Assembly: GCF_963921235.1 (NCBI RefSeq)
Contig: NC_086108.1
Span: 85,872,001-85,936,000 of the forward strand
From: Mobula hypostoma
Lineage: Eukaryota
Length of the DNA stretch: 64,000 nt
Direction: 5' to 3'
This document shows positions 1 to 9,984 of this stretch, piece after piece (position 1 is the first letter of the stretch; every line of letters begins with the position of its first letter). The position numbers and the translations under genes are program-made. The notes beneath the pieces are model-generated. The model saw nothing but the letters and a program-made list of their open reading frames with translations. It had not been told where the DNA came from and ran no database searches.

Positions 1-391
1 TTATTACCTGTGTTGCTGCCACCTGTGTCTCACTGTGCTCCACCTATCATCTGCCGCCCTGTTTATTGTTCAGTGTATTTTAGTCCTGTGTTTTGCCAGA
101 TTATTCCAGTGAGTTTTCCTGAGCCTTTCCAGTATTCATATCTAAACTCTGTCCTTCTGAGTATCGACCCTGCCTGTTTGCTGACCCTGATTTCACCTGT
201 TTATCTTGATTATTCTAGTTTTTGACTCTGCCTGTTTCCTGATTCTGATTTTTGGATTTCTCCGGATTTTTTTGATCTCTGCCTGAACTTTGACGCCAAC
301 TTTGTTGCCCCTCTGGATTTGTTTATCAATAAATATCACAGCGTGCACAGTACTTGGTCTGCGATTGGGTCCCTGGTCCAGGGCCCTGACA
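1..391 (+). mobile_element. 3' part of a Gypsy-type LTR (runs off window start)
   Basis: AATAAA at 328-333, then TCTGCGATTGGGTCC and terminal ...TGACA at 391, a layout typical of fish Gypsy LTR ends; Rex1 sequence starts immediately after. Confidence 0.6.
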
Positions 392-830
392 GAGTGAGAG
401 GTGTTGTTATTACACCACTCAGTCAATTTTCATTTTCCCTCCTTTATGTTGATTCACCACCATCGTTGATATGGCCCACAACAGTGGTGTCATCAGCAAA
501 CTTGAATATGGTGCTGGAGCTGAATTTAGCTGCAAAGTCAGAGGTGTATAGCAAGTAGAGCAGGGGTTTAAGTACACATCACTGTGGTGCATCGGTGCTG
601 ACGCAGACTGTGGACCAGATGCTTTGCCAATCTGAATTGACTGGGGACTGAGGTCCAGGTCTTGGAATTTACTGATCTGAGGGGATGATGGTATTAAATG
701 CTAATACTGAGCTATAATTGATAAAGAGCATCCTGATGTTTGCATCTTTTTTGTCCAGATGTCCCAGGGTTGTGCGAAGAGCCAATGAGATCACATCTGC
801 TGTGGATGTGCTGCTTTGGTAGGCAAATTG
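392..830 (-). mobile_element. Rex1/Babar LINE RT fragment
   Basis: Minus strand reads TIFKFADDTTVVGHINDG; degenerate elsewhere. Confidence 0.85.
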
Positions 831-837
831 ATATCAT

Positions 838-1115
838 GGCCACCAGGAAATCCCACTTTTTGTGGCAGATGGAGTGAAGATCCTTGACGAAGTGATCAGC
901 AGTCTATACTAGGTCTCACCAATGTAGCGGAGGCGACATTGGGAGCATTCGATAGAGAAGATGACCCTGGCAGACTTGCAAATGATGTGTCACCTCACCC
1001 GGAAATTTGGGGCTCTGAATGGTGGTGAGGGAGGAGGTATATGGACCGTTGACTGTTTATTCCCCTCCATAGATGTCGCCTGACTTGCTGAGTTCATCTA
1101 GCATTTTGTGTGTAA
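838..1115. mobile_element. Penelope-like element fragment: GIY-YIG region (- strand) joined to an inverted terminal repeat (+ strand, from ~1047)
   Basis: Minus strand gives CSQCRLRYIGET (GIY-YIG like); 1047-1113 matches the terminal repeat seen at 16700-16760 and 34260-34320 in the opposite orientation. Confidence 0.8.
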
Positions 1116-1149
1116 CTAAAATAGACTTCCTCTTTGAGGTCGGTGCTAG

Positions 1150-1392
1150 ATGAAGATGATGATGATGTCGACTCAGGCCTGAGAGACCAGCGTCAGGCAT
1201 TTTCATGCCTTACAAAGCGCGGATCGGAAGGCTGTGTGGGGCACCACTGCTCGCACTGACATTTCGCAGTATTTTTCTTTATTTTATGAGGTCAAGTTGC
1301 GAGCTCAACACTCAACCTGGCACGACTGGATTCGAACCCGGGAACTTCCGTTCCGGAGTCCGGCGCTGAAGTCACTGCGCCACCAGCCGACC
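1150..1392 (-). mobile_element. tRNA-derived SINE with RTE-like body and (CAT)n tail
   Basis: Box A TGGCGCAGTGA, box B GGTTCGAATCC, then GGTTGAGTGTTGAGCTCGCAACTTGACCTCATAAAA and a CATCATCAT tail; head shared with the copy at 8361-8572. Confidence 0.85.
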
Positions 1393-1419
1393 TAGTCAGT
1401 ACGAGGACCTGAATTAACC

Positions 1420-1580
1420 CCACTGGCCAGACTGAATTAATCACATGCTCAACATCACATTTCCCAAAGTGAGCTTGTACTCCAAACCCTGTCAAGTAAA
1501 GATATTAACATGTAGCCTGAGAGCAAGATTCAAAGATGTTCTTAAGACTTCCCCGATAAAATGCAACATTCCCATTGTGG
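1420..1580 (+). mobile_element. Old RTE-clade LINE C-terminal fragment
   Basis: Translates RFKDVLKTSPIKCNIP, resembling the RTE/BovB C-terminal motif KRFKDTLKASLKKCNIP. Confidence 0.55.
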
Positions 1581-2744
1581 GTATAAAGTAGCAGAGTCAG
1601 TCATTACAAAGTGCTTTGCTTTGCACTGTACTGAACTTCTACTGACTCCATGCTGCAGAGTGAACCACAAAGCAAATATACAATAATGGTTCTACAGTCC
1701 CCTATAACTGCTGTTTAAAATCATCAACAAATCACAAGGGCCTGCACATAAATCCAGATTATTCCTCCAAGAGTCGCTTGAGCTAAAATTAGGGCAATTC
1801 CTTGACCAAAGAAAATTTCCTCTCATTAACATGTGCTAATCATCTATATTAACTGCAATGCCTATAGGAATTTTATCTCCGGCAATATCGTTCTTCCAGC
1901 TGTAAATTTCTTCGGGTAATAATAGAATGGCCTGTTTGTCTTAAACATCGGTTTCTAATAAAAACATCATCCCTGTGCAATGCATATATATAGTAGCACA
2001 GAGACAATTAGTTAAAAAGCTTCCTCTTCAGTGTTATAGACTAAATAATCTATGAGTAATGAAGATATATTGCAATCATGATAAGCCTATTTCCTGTATG
2101 CTTACTGTAGGCTTGAACTTGACCACCTGATATATTTCAATGTTATTGTTAATCAATGGATAACACACTAAATGTGATACCTTGGGGGCAGCTGCATAGT
2201 GATTATGTAACTATACTAGTAATCGAGTGACCTGTATTAATGAGGCCAATCATTTGCTAAATTCCACATGGATCTGTTGGCAGATAGCATTTAACTGTGC
2301 TATAGCTAGGCTTCTCCTTAGCTACCGTTGGCCACTGAACTCAAATCTGCATAGGGAGACTTTTCCTGGAGTCCAACCGGGTTGTGCAAACATCCATGGA
2401 TTTCCCAGCTTTGAGGCTGAAAAATCTTCCTTCTGAACCGGGGGTAGCAAGTCAAACACATTTACAATAATAGTAGCAGATTTGACAGCTGGAGAGCTTG
2501 AAGGCTTCACTGTTTGTTCAAGCTGTTCTCTCAGGGCAGTCAATCAGTTGCACTTGGAAAGTACCTGCAAAGCACTGGGGTTTACCATCCTCCCATAGGA
2601 GCAACAGAAGACACAACATCTTGAGATTACATACAGTCAATGATCTTGTGGGAAATGGAAGCCTTGGTCCATAAGACCAAGACCATAAGACATTGGAGTG
2701 ATATTAGCCTATTCAGCCCATTGAGTCTGCTCCAAAGTACAAAT

Positions 2745-3772
2745 TATTCAAAGTCTCAAAGTGCATTTATTGTCAAAGAATGTATAAATTATACAACTTT
2801 GAGATTTATTTGCTAACAGGCAGTCGCAAAGCAAGGAACCTGAAAGAACCCAACTCAAAAAAGTAAGACCAGCCCTTAGTGCCTTCAGAGAACAAAAAAA
2901 AACACACAAAAAAATCATACAAACAATAAAAGCGAGCAACAACAGCACTCCAAACCAAATTGATTCCTTAGATCCAAATCCCCAGAGCAGCCCCGAGTAG
3001 GCCCAAAGCCTTGGTATTTAATTTATCATATTAGCAGGGCAGATCACTACAAAGTTCACAGACATGAAGCATAGCAGCCAGGGGCAGTCTCACAGCCTTA
3101 GTGTCGCAGAGAAAGAAGCTCTCAGACTATCTGGGCTGGTGTTTAAATTTTCCGAACTTTGCACTGGGACTCAGCCCTGCCACCAGTGAATTGCTTTGGG
3201 CCTAGATTTCACTGCTGAAGGAGCCGTTCTCAACCTCTCCAAATCAGCTCAGCGCCCAGAGCAATCCACACCCCGGATCTTGACACACTGCCTTTCCAGT
3301 CTATATGGGTCGGGACTTAGATTGTCCAAACAGCAGATTGTACGTTGCATTATGACCTAGGCCTCATGCAGAGAATCACTCCGGGTCTTGAACATGCCAC
3401 CCAGTGATTGGCTTTGGACCTGGATTTCGCTGCCGAAGAAGTCTTTCTTGATCCCTCCAAATTGGCTCAGCACTTAGAGTGATCCATCCTTGCACCTGGG
3501 TTAGTTGGACAGGCATCAGAACTCCTCTGACCTGTCTTCTCCTCTCTGAATTGTTAACTTCAACCAGCATAGCTCCAACTCCAAGTGCGTTGATTTTAGA
3601 GCGCACCAGCAGGGCGTATCTCTTGTTTTGCATTCGCTCACTTCGTATTTGTGGTGAGAGTTCAGTACAATTTACTTCAAAAAAGTGTTATTAATAATAT
3701 TTTTAATCAAATTCCTTGGTTCTTGAGCTATCAATAAGCTATCACATGTGTTCAGTAGTGCCACCATGGTTC
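2745..3772 (-). mobile_element. Non-autonomous element with Rex1-type 3' tail and internal tandem duplication
   Basis: Tail ...GACAATAAATGCACTTTGAGACTTTGAA on minus strand resembles tails at 41630 and 46175; diverged repeat units start near 3128 and 3302; 5' end CCATGGTGGC resembles AAGATGGCG. Confidence 0.55.
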
Positions 3773-3774
3773 TT

Positions 3775-5130
3775 CTAAATTCCAGCAGATACGGGCACAG
3801 GGCTATCAAACTTTTCTGATATGTTAAAGCTTTCATTCCAGGAACATTCTCATAAACCTCCTCTGGACTCTCTACAATGCCAACACATCCTTACTTAGAT
3901 CTCAAGTTCAAGGTCAAGTTTATTGTCATTCAACCATACACATGTGTACAGCTAAATGAGCCTTATCAAGCCTCAGCATTATAATATTTGTTCTTATACT
4001 CCAGTCCTCTTTAAAAAAAGTACAGACATTGCACTCTCCTTCTTTACTACTGACTCAACCTGCAAGTTAACCTTTAGGGAATCCAACACGAGAACTCCAA
4101 AGTCCTTTTGCACTTCCAATTCCTGAATTTGCTCCCTGTTGAGTAAATAGTCTATGCCTTTATTAGTTCTACCAAATTTCATGACCGTACACTATGCTAC
4201 CATGAGTGCCACAATCGCACTGTATTTAGTGCGATGCTATTACAGCTCCTAGCAATGGAGTTCGGAATTCAATTCTGGCATCACCTGTGAGGAGTCTTTC
4301 CATTCTCCCCATGAAATGTGTGGGTTTTCTCCAGGTGCCCTGGTTTCCTCCTACAATCCAAAGATGTACCAGTAGTTTAATTGGTCATTATGAATTGTCC
4401 CTTAGTTAGGTTAGTGGTTAAATCAGGATTGTTGGGGGTTGCTGGGGTGGTGCAACTCAAAGGACCAGAAAGGCATACTCCATGCTGTATCACTAAATAA
4501 AAGTAAATAAATTCCTTGTACTGTATTGCATCTGCAAAAAAGCCCATCCTTCTAGTATGTCCAAGTCCTTCTGCAGGCTCCTCAATATTAGCTGCCCCTC
4601 CACCTACCTTTGTATCTTTGCAAACATGGCCACAAAGCCATTAGTACTGTTATCCAGATCATTAACATATAATATTGGAAAGTAGCAGACACTGGCACCC
4701 ACAGAACATCGCTAGTTACTAGCAGACATCCAGAAAATGCCCCCTTCATTCCCATTTTTAGCCTTCTGCCAGTCAGACAATCTTCTGTCTATACTAGCAT
4801 CTTTCCTGTAATACCATGGGATTATTATTTTGTTAAGCAGCCTCATGTGCAACAACTTGTCAAAGGCCCTCTAAAAATCTAAATAAATAACATCCATTGA
4901 TTTTCCTTTGTCAATCCTGCCTGTAATTTATTTAAAGGTTTCCAGCAGAATTGTCAGGAAAAATTTACCCTTAAGGGAACCATGCTGACTTCAGTCTATT
5001 TTATTGTGTACCTTCAAGTAGCCTGAAACCTTGTCCTTAATAATCTTCCCAGCCGCTTCCCAGCTAGCTACCTGGTCAACAATATCCTGATTTTTTGCTT
5101 CCCTCTCTTCTTAGAGAGTGGAGTGACATG
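3775..5130 (-). mobile_element. CR1 LINE ORF2 (RT) fragment, decayed, with nested inserts
   Basis: QKDFGVLVLDSLKVNLQVESVVKK; homologous to the intact ORF2 at 59466-62498. Confidence 0.9.
4200..4511 (+). mobile_element. HE1/V-SINE-like SINE inserted in CR1
   Basis: Degenerate tRNA-like head, V-domain-like core (TTCTCCCCATG...GGTTTCCTCCTACAATCCAAAGA), CR1-type 3' end, TAAA tail. Confidence 0.8.
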
Positions 5131-5202
5131 ATTCGGAGGTAAGAATTCAAATCCCATTGTGGGATCTGGTGAATGATAATGTGGTTAATTAGATATTACT
5201 GA

Positions 5203-5895
5203 GACCATAAGACATAGGAGCAGAATTATGCCATTTGGCCCATCGAGTCTGCTGCGCCATTTCATCATGGCTGATCCATTTCCCTCTGAACCCAAATCTT
5301 CTACCTTCTCCACGTAACCCTTCATACCCTGACTAATCAAGAATCTATCAACCTCTGCCTTAAATATACCCAATGACTTTGAATCCACAGCTGTCTGTGG
5401 CAAAGAATTCCACAAATTCATCATTCTTTGGCTGAAGAAATTCCTCCTCATCTTGGTTCTAAATGGAAGTCCCTCTATTCTGAGGCTGTGTCCTCTGGTC
5501 TTAGACTCCCCATCATAGGAAACATCCTCTCCACATCCACTCTATCAAGGACGTTCACTCAATAGGTTTCAATCAGGTCACCCCTCATTCTTCTAAAATT
5601 CTAGTGAATACAGGCCGAGAGCCATCAAGCACTCTTCATATGACAAGCCATTCAATGCTGGAATCAATTTTGTGAACCTCCTTTGAACCCTATCCAGTTG
5701 CAGCACATCCTTTCTAAAATGAGGGGTCTGAAACTCCAAGTGAGGCTTTATAAAGCCTCAACGTTACATCCTTGCTTTTATATTCTAGTCCTCTTGAAAG
5801 GAGTGCTAGCATTGCATTTGCTTTCCTCACCAACCTGCAAATTAACTCTCAGGGAATCATGTACAAAGGCTCCCAAGTCCCTTTGCACCTCAGAT
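5203..5895 (-). mobile_element. CR1 LINE 3' end
   Basis: MRRNFFSQRMMNLWNSLP, then 3' UTR with (TCTTATGG)-type tail. Confidence 0.92.
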
Positions 5896-6609
5896 TTAAT
5901 TAAAGAGCTAGTGTCAGTAATGCTGACACAGTAAACTCAACTGTTTTGTTAATTTATTTTAGGCAGGGAATCTCAGACTGATCTATCTATAATTCTAGAG
6001 CCCCACAGCATGCTACCGCACTGCCACTCTCATATAGTCCAGCAAAGACAACTAAAGGTGAACAATAAATGCTGGCCTTAATGGCAATATCAGTAAGATA
6101 CAGACAAATAAAATGAGCTCTAACGCTGACCATTGATTTCCTACTGGGTAAAAGAATATTTAACAAAAATTTAACAATGAAACATTTACTTATAATGGAC
6201 AGCAGAGAAGCTATGTAGTTTCTCCTTTTGGACATTGAATTCAGTTGATTGTAGAAAAACAAAACATTCAGTGCTTTATAATTTGACAGTGCTCTGTAAC
6301 ATCATGTACTCAATGTAGTTTTGTTCACTTGAAACAAGACAAACTCATAGTAGATAATTACGCGTATGGTATTTTCATGTTTCCTTGGAAACGTCCGCTG
6401 AGCCTGGTCTTTTTGATATGCGTAACCACTTGTTTCTTTGGTCTAAAATCTAGCATTAGAAGACGTCAAAATGTGACTGCATGGTCATTAAAGCTGAAGT
6501 GAAGCCTTTTTGCTATATCTGTGGTTTACGGATTTGATATATTGATATTAAAATAAAAACTGCAGCACCAGATGGACACCAGGGACCGCTGCGTAATTTG
6601 CTTCACCGA

Positions 6610-7526
6610 GCCATGCCCAAGAAATGCAGGGTGAGCTGCATCAATGTCTATCACACAGTTGCATTCACATCTACTGTGATGTGACAAGCTTTGAGAGGTT
6701 GGTCATGGTTAGAATCAACTCCTGCCTAAGCCAGGACTTGGACCCTTTACAATTTGCCTATCACCACAATAGGTCAACCGCCGAAGCCAATCTCACTGAC
6801 TGTCCGCTTGGCCTTGGTTCACCTGGACAATAGCAATAACTACGTCAGGCTGTTGTTTACTGATTACAGCTCAATTTTCAACACATTCATATCCTCAGTT
6901 CTATTCAACAAGCTCCAAAACCTGTGCCTCTGTACCTCCCTCTGCAACTTCCTCACTGGCAGATTACGGTCGGTATGGATCCGAAATAACGTCTCCTCTC
7001 TGCTGGCAAACAACCCTGGTGCACCTCGGGATGTGTGCTTAGCCCACTGTTTTACTCTCTCTACACCCATGACTGTGTGGCTAGGCACAGCTCAAACACC
7101 ATTTATAAATTTGCTGACGACACAACTATTGTTGGCAGAACTTCAGATGGTGATGAGCAGGTGAACAGGAACAAGGCAGATCAGCTGGTTGAGTGGTGCC
7201 GCGGCAACAACTTGGCACTCAATGTCAATAAGACCAAGGAATTGATCGTGAACTTCAGAAAGGGTAGATCAAGGAAACATGCACCAGTCCTCATCGAGGG
7301 ATCACCAGTGGAAAGACTGAGCCGTTTCAAGTTCCTGGGTGTCAACATCTCTGGAGATCTAACCCGGATCCAACGTATCGATACAATTAAAAAGATGGCA
7401 TGTCAGCCATTATATTTCATTAGGAGCTTGAGGAGACATGGTATGTCACCAAAGACTCATGCAGATTTCTACAAGAGTACCATGGGAAGTATTCTAACAG
7501 ATCGCGTCACCCTCTGGTATGAAGTG
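6610..7526 (+). mobile_element. Rex1/Babar LINE RT fragment
   Basis: LDPLQFAY, YVRLLFTDYSS, IYKFADDTTIVG, LNVNKTKELIV, FKFLGVNIS; frameshifted. Confidence 0.92.
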
Positions 7527-7625
7527 TGCTGTGTACTTAATATTTCAATAATATTTGAGTAAACTGGTAAATACGTTGTTGATGAAGCATTCTTTGTTTG
7601 TTTCGATAATTCATTATGGGCTATG
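7527..7625 (+). mobile_element. Truncated copy of a short LTR-like repeat
   Basis: Matches the first ~100 bp of 18239-18478. Confidence 0.6.
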
Positions 7626-7629
7626 AATT

Positions 7630-7950
7630 AAGGCAGAGGTGGTGGAATTTGTTTCATAATTAATTCATCATGGTGCACAGACAAGGTGGTTGTATTTTAG
7701 TCCTGTCCCTACCAGCCTGGAAAATCTGGTGGTCAAGTGTTGTCCATTCTATTTGCCAAGGGAGATTTAGTCCTGGTACATTCACCACTGGCCAGTATCA
7801 CACTGGCACTCGAGGAGCTGAACACAGTGATCAACAATCATGAAACAGCATGCTCTGATGCCTCCCCAATAATTGTAGAGGACTTCAAGAAGTCCAGCTT
7901 GAAGAAGTCTCTGAACAACTAACACCACATGTCACCTGTGGAACCAAAGG
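7630..7950 (+). mobile_element. Rex1/Babar APE endonuclease fragment
   Basis: GGGICFIINSSWC, KCCPFYLPRE, IIVEDFKKSSLKKSL (GDFN-like motif). Confidence 0.75.
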
Positions 7951-7954
7951 AATT

Positions 7955-9672
7955 AAAACCATAAATTACAATAAAATATATATTTAAAAAAAACAAATTA
8001 ATTAAGTAGTGCAAAGATAGAGGGAGAAATACCAATAAAGTGCTCATGGGTTCATTGTCCATTTAAAAATCTGATGGCAGAGAGGAAGAAGCTGCTCTTG
8101 AATTGTTGAGTGTGTGCCTTTAGGCTCCTGTACCTCCTCACTGATGGCAGCAATGAGAAGAGGGCATATTCTTGGTGCTGGGGGTCCTTAATGATGGATG
8201 CCTTTTGAGGCATGATCTTTTGTATGTGTCCTCATTGCTGGGTAGGCTAGTGCCCATGATGGAGCTGGCTGAATTCCCAAGTTTCTGCAGCTTTTTCTGA
8301 TTCTGAGTACTGGCCCCTCCACATCAAACAGTTTTCCAACCAGTTAGAATGCTCTCCACAATGGAAAGAAGGAAGGAAATAGCCTTTTAAACTCACAGAG
8401 AGCATAGGCCATCGATTTTTTGCAGGTAATTTCTTTTTTACGAGGTCGAGTTGCTAGCTCGACGCTCAACCCAGCACGGATGGAAAGCGTGCCAAGGGAG
8501 CAGGCTGCGTTCGAAATTGGGAGCCTTCGCTCCGAAGTCCGGCGTTGATGTCACTACGCCACCAGCTGGCTGGCTCTCCACAGTACATCTGTGGAAATTT
8601 GCAAGTGTCCATGTTGACATACCAATTCTTCTCCAGCTCTATAGCTGCTGTCATGCCATCTTTGTAATTGTATTTGTAATTTGGGCCCAGGGTAGTTCCT
8701 CAGAGATGTGGACATCCAGAAACGTGAAACTGCTAATTTTTTCCACTTCAGATCTCTTGATGAGGACTGCTCTGTGTTTTCTTGACTTCCCCTTCCTGAA
8801 GTCTACAATCAATTCCTTGGTCTTACTGATGCTGGGTGCAAGGTTATTGCTGCGACACCACTCAGCCAGCTGATCTACTTCACTCTGTATGCCTCATCGC
8901 CATCTAAAGCTCTTCCAACAATAGTTGTGTCATCAGCAAATTTATAGATGGTGTTTGAGCTGTGCCCTGCCTCTCTGTCATGGGAGTAGAAAGCGTAGAG
9001 CAGTTGGCTAAGCATACATCCTTGAGGTGCACCAGTGTTGATTGTCAGTGAGGAGATGTTCTTTCTGATTCACGCAGACTGTGGTTTCCCAGTGAGGAAG
9101 GCAAGGATCCAGTTGCAGAAAGACGTCAAGGCCCAGATTTTGGAGGCTTTTGATTTGAACTGAGGGCATGATTCTGTGAAAGCTGAGCTGTAGTCAATAG
9201 TCAGCAACCTAAAACAAGTATTACTATTGTCCTGGTTATCCAAGACAGAGGGGAGAAACAGTGAGATTGCATCTGCTGCAGACCTATTGTGGTAATAGAC
9301 AAATTGCAGTGGAGTCAGGTCCTTATTTGGGCAGGAGTTGATTCTAGCCATGACCAACTTCTCAAAGCACTTCATCACAGTAGATGTGAGTGCCACTGGG
9401 CGATACTCATTGAGACAGCTGACCCTACTCCTCCGGGGCGCTGGTATGATTGTCACTCTTTTGAAGCAGGTGAGAACTTTTGACTGCTGAAGTGAGAGAT
9501 TGAAGATGCCTTTGAACACTCCTGCCAGTTGGTTGGCTAAGGTTTTTAGAACCCTACCAGGTACTCCACCTGGGCATGATGCCTTGAGAGGGATCACCTT
9601 CTTGAAAGATGTTTTGTTGTCGGCTTCCAAGACAGAGATCACGGGGTCACCAGATGTTGCAGGGATTTGCAT
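7955..9672 (-). mobile_element. Rex1/Babar LINE RT plus 3' UTR
   Basis: ORF 9070-9672: YRPVALTSTVMKCFEKLV, PLQFVY, IDYSSAF; downstream decayed C-terminus. Confidence 0.92.
8361..8572 (-). mobile_element. tRNA-derived SINE with (TTCC)n tail, inserted in Rex1
   Basis: Exact 10-bp TSD GCTCTCCACA (8351-8360, 8573-8582); box A TGGCGTAGTGA; same head and body as 1150-1392. Confidence 0.88.
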
Positions 9673-9984
9673 AGATCTAAAAAAATTCCTGCAGAATTCT
9701 GACTGGTTGCACTACCATCTAGTGTGGAAGCGATAATGAACAGAATTAAAAAAGTTGCGAAGGGTTGTAAACTCAGACAGCTCCATCATGAGCCTAGCCT
9801 CTCCAGAAATGATGAAATTTTCAAAATACAATGCCTCAAGAAGGGCTAAAAACAAGCAGCAAGGTTTTTTTCAGCAGGAGTCGCTGATTGGGGTACTGCA
9901 CAGATGCAGAAGAAATGTTCCCGCACAAATTCGTCGAACAGCTTTACAAACCCAGTCTCCATAAAAGTGAGGTACTATCTAGAG

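Noticed and set aside
1325..1392. tRNA gene (box A/B, minus strand); also 8500-8572
   Set aside because: No acceptor-stem closure; continues into a shared SINE body and tail, and one copy has a TSD
2227..2570. Overlapping ORFs in unique DNA and a possible acceptor near 2565; in-frame TGA considered as selenocysteine
   Set aside because: Peptides not recognised, no convincing donor, no SECIS seen
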